DNA of 64,000 bases from an uncultured delta proteobacterium (GTDB lineage Bacteria; Desulfobacterota; RBG-13-43-22), in NCBI GenBank assembly GCA_963790475.1, contig CAWBOS010000013.1:64001-128000 (forward strand), in the 5' to 3' direction. Every line of letters starts with the position of its first letter. The stretch's first letter is position 1. The position numbers and the translations under genes were made by a program. Shown here piece by piece: positions 61,031 to 64,000 of this stretch. Under the pieces are notes generated by a model that was not told the DNA's origin, ran no database searches, and saw only the letters and a program-made list of their open reading frames with translations.

Positions 61031-61825
61031 TTAAAGTCTTCCTTTGATAACCACACCCAACCCCAATCCCAAACGCAAATAAAGCAGAACAATCAGTAAC
61101 AGAACAAAAAATCCCAATACCCCATAATCAACAGCTCTCATCTTGGGTTCGTAATAAAAAGTTCGTTTGGCTTGGGGATCGAATCCCTTGGACTCCAGGG
61201 CCATGGCCAGGATGTTGGTGTGATGTATGGCGTAAATAAACAGGGGCACGGCCTGGGGGATGAATTTGCCCAGACGTTTAAAGATACTCCCCGATTCCAG
61301 ATCAAGCCCCCGGGAAACCTGGGCCTGGATGATGGTCGCCCCGGCACCGGCAAAGGTCGGCACCAGCCGCAGGGCCGTGGAAAGGGCGAAGGCCAAAGGA
61401 TAGGGAACCCCCATGAGGATCAAGCCGTTGGTCAATTCCTCATTCCGGGTCGTGGAAAGAAAGATCAGCCCGATCCCGACAAAGGTGGCCAAACGCAGGC
61501 CCATGGCCAAGCCGTAAAGAACCGATTCCCGGCTGATAGCCAGGGGCCCCCAGGTCCACCACTTCGTCGGCCCGGGTACAAAAAAAGGCCATAAGACAGC
61601 GCTGAAGGAGATCAGCAGCAACAGGATATAGCGAAGCCTCCAGAAATTGGGAAAGGCCTTGGCCGACAGGGCTATCCATACTACACCCCCGCTTATGAAG
61701 GCCAGATATAAAGGATGATTAAAACACAGACAGATGCCGAACAGGATTGCAGCAGAAACCAGCTTGGTCCGTGGGTCCAAATGGTGTATCGGGGTATTTT
61801 CATCAAGAAAAAGGAAAATATTCAT
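61031..61825 (-). CDS. ecfT: ECF transporter transmembrane component T
   Basis: LDPRTKL, LRLVP, AQVSRG, AMALESKGF; start reassigned to ATG 61825, overlapping the ATPase stop. Confidence 0.9.
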   Translation of the reverse strand: MNIFLFLDENTPIHHLDPRTKLVSAAILFGICLCFNHPLYLAFISGGVVWIALSAKAFPNFWRLRYILLLLISFSAVLWPFFVPGPTKWWTWGPLAISRESVLYGLAMGLRLATFVGIGLIFLSTTRNEELTNGLILMGVPYPLAFALSTALRLVPTFAGAGATIIQAQVSRGLDLESGSIFKRLGKFIPQAVPLFIYAIHHTNILAMALESKGFDPQAKRTFYYEPKMRAVDYGVLGFFVLLLIVLLYLRLGLGLGVVIKGRL

Positions 61826-63498
61826 TTCTTGAGTTCCTGAACCATTTCTTCCAGGTTCAAGGCCTGGAGGCCAAGCCGGTTGCTGATTTGGACCAGGGGA
61901 GGCGGAGCCAGAGAAGCCCCGGCCAGTTTCGATTCCTGGGCAAAAACATAGCGCGAAGGACCATCCAAGATAATCGACCCTTCTTTTAAGACGACGGTTC
62001 GGTGGGCATACTCGGCCGCCACCCACATGGAATGGGTGATGATAATAATGGTGTGGCCTCTTTGATTTAAACGCCTGAGGAGGTCCATCATACGGCGCTG
62101 TTGGATGTAATCCAAACCGGTGGTCGGTTCGTCAAGAATAATGACCTTGGGCCGTACCGCCAGCACCGAGGCTACGGCTACCCGCTGCCTTTCCCCCTTG
62201 GTAAGGGTAAAAGGGAGTTGCTTTTCGTAACCCTGTAACTCGACGACTTCCAAGGCCTCGACCATACGCTGTTGGATTGTTTTTGAATCCATTCCCAGGA
62301 CCTTCAGCCCGAAACTGACTTCCTCTTCAACCGTACGGGCAAAGATCTGGTGATCGGGGTTCTGAAAAATGTACCCCACTTCCTGAGCCAGATCTTTATG
62401 GCTGAAGGACATAGTGGGTTTTCCCCGGACCAGCATGCGTCCGGCCGTGGGTTTTAACAGGCCGTTACAATGTTTGGCCAAAGTGGTCTTGCCGGAGCCG
62501 TTTTGTCCCAAGAGGGCAATAAATTCGCTTTCTCTTACCTTCCAGTTGATTCCCCTCAAAACCTTGACTTGCTGAGAGGGATAGTAATATTCTAAACTAT
62601 CGGCTTGTAGGATAAAAGGACCTTCGTCCTGAACAGAGACTTCCCCAGGAGGGATATTCCCCCGCTTTGGGATCAGATCAAACCTTTCAATCAGGTCCAT
62701 GGCTTCAGTCACGGTCAACGGCCGGCCGGGCCAGTTCATGGTTTGAAAAAGTTCCATCAGGGCCGGAGGCTTAATCCCGCAGGAGATTAGGTTCGACGTA
62801 TCCGTCAGAATCTCTTGGGGAGGTCCTTGAGCGATTAATTCCCCATCTCGCATCAGCCAAATTTGATCGGCATCCACGGCCATCTCCGGCTCCGGGGCCA
62901 CCATCACCAAGGTGCGTCCCTCCTGTCTTAAATTCCGGGCTATGGTCAGCACCTCTTCCGCACCCTGGGGATCCAGATCGGTGGTCGGTTCATCCAGGAC
63001 CAGGATATCGGGTTCCTGGATCAAGACCGAACCAATCGCCAGACGCTGTTTCTGGCCGCCGGAGAGGGTGGCCGGCTGCCGCTGTTCAAAATGCTCCAGG
63101 CCGATTGCCGTCAGGTATTTCTGAATACGTTTTTCTATTTCAAGATGTGGTAGACCATGATTCTCCGGACCAAAGGCCATCTCCAATTCCACATTAGTGG
63201 AAAATAGTTGGGACTCAAAATCCTGAAAGACCAGTCCTACAAGACGCGACATGCCGGCAACTTTCAGCTTGGCTGCTTCTTTTCCTTTAACTACGACCCG
63301 GCCCTGATAGGAGCCGCGGAAAAATTTGGGGATCAGGGCATTGAAGGAATAACATAAGGAAGACTTGCCTGCTCCGCCGTGACCCATGATACAGACAAAG
63401 GAACCATCTTCGATTCGAGCCGAGAAGTTTTTTAAAGCCGGTATCTCTTTCCCGGTATAGGTGAAAGACAGATTCTCGATGGAAACGGCGGTAGTCAT
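61822..63498 (-). CDS. ECF transporter fused double ATPase (EcfA-A')
   Basis: Two ABC domains: GHGGAGKS/LSGGQKQR/LDEPT and GQNGSGKT/FQNPDHQ/LDEPT. Confidence 0.93.
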   Translation of the reverse strand: MTTAVSIENLSFTYTGKEIPALKNFSARIEDGSFVCIMGHGGAGKSSLCYSFNALIPKFFRGSYQGRVVVKGKEAAKLKVAGMSRLVGLVFQDFESQLFSTNVELEMAFGPENHGLPHLEIEKRIQKYLTAIGLEHFEQRQPATLSGGQKQRLAIGSVLIQEPDILVLDEPTTDLDPQGAEEVLTIARNLRQEGRTLVMVAPEPEMAVDADQIWLMRDGELIAQGPPQEILTDTSNLISCGIKPPALMELFQTMNWPGRPLTVTEAMDLIERFDLIPKRGNIPPGEVSVQDEGPFILQADSLEYYYPSQQVKVLRGINWKVRESEFIALLGQNGSGKTTLAKHCNGLLKPTAGRMLVRGKPTMSFSHKDLAQEVGYIFQNPDHQIFARTVEEEVSFGLKVLGMDSKTIQQRMVEALEVVELQGYEKQLPFTLTKGERQRVAVASVLAVRPKVIILDEPTTGLDYIQQRRMMDLLRRLNQRGHTIIIITHSMWVAAEYAHRTVVLKEGSIILDGPSRYVFAQESKLAGASLAPPPLVQISNRLGLQALNLEEMVQELKK

Positions 63499-63505
63499 AT
63501 TAGCG

Positions 63506-63534
63506 GTGACAAGTGGCGGGTGACAAGTGACAAG
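63506..63534. repeat. GTGACAA heptamer array
   Basis: GTGACAA GTGGCGG GTGACAA GTGACAA. Confidence 0.6.
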
Positions 63535-63634
63535 ATAAAATGTCCTTCCTCGGCATGAAAAAGTTGAAAGTAAAGGGCCTAGAGCATGTCCTCGACGCTC
63601 CGCCCTGCCCTCTCTACCTTTTTTCCCTGCCCGG

Positions 63635-64000
63635 TTAAAGCAAAAAACTCCCGATTAGGATGCCTGTGGTAGAAACCCAACCCAGGATGCCCACTTGAAA
63701 ATCGGCCAACAGCCCGCCAAAAAGACCAAACAGAGAGGCTATGGTGACCAACCAGGCCCCCAAGGGACCGGTTATGGGTTTACCCTGGTCGGTATCATCC
63801 ATGACATCTTCCCAATAAAGATGAAGATGATCCTTGACCAGCTTAAAGACCGAGGTCAGCAGGATAACCCCTATAAAACTGCCTACGGTATTATTGAGGG
63901 TGATAATTTTTACCAGGACGTTATAGGGAACTACGCCCATGAGATCGACAAAGATACTGATAACCACCGCGCAGGCTGTCGCTGAAATAAAGGCAATCAA
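63635..64000 (-). CDS. Probable ECF substrate-specific (S) component, 5' end outside the window
   Basis: Highly hydrophobic; directly upstream of ecfA/ecfT. Confidence 0.6.
   Translation of the reverse strand: MIAFISATACAVVISIFVDLMGVVPYNVLVKIITLNNTVGSFIGVILLTSVFKLVKDHLHLYWEDVMDDTDQGKPITGPLGAWLVTIASLFGLFGGLLADFQVGILGWVSTTGILIGSFLL

Overview
Bacterial chromosomal window. Gene content and repeat families suggest an anaerobic Desulfobacterota/deltaproteobacterium (inference). The centrepiece (18.9-36.1 kb, minus strand) is an apparently complete gas-vesicle cluster. Its gene order resembles the two-operon Serratia sp. ATCC 39006 cluster as I recall it, but the regulatory operon lies upstream. 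It has a duplicated gvpA-gvpC-like unit, a sigma54 promoter, a GvpA-family gene missing from the ORF track (no ATG/GTG/TTG start), a tandem ArsA/Get3-like ATPase, a DnaJ-type Zn-finger protein and a CDC48-like ATPase. Both flanks are dense signalling islands: 3 diguanylate cyclases, 3 HD-GYP proteins, several histidine kinases and response regulators, and an orphan CheB-CheR fusion. Four output proteins share the same N-terminal 'ELQxHQIELExQNEEL' coil plus PAS module, a candidate receptor-less methylation-signalling network. Also present: tandem CaiB CoA-transferases with a GntR regulator, a GC-rich katG with cassette-like ends, an attC-bearing cassette remnant, several pseudogenes, MITE/dRS3-like palindromes, inverted heptamer arrays, a PadR-led membrane operon, a MATE-like protein and an ECF transporter. 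No rRNA, tRNA or CRISPR array was seen. All calls come from manual reading; no database searches were run.
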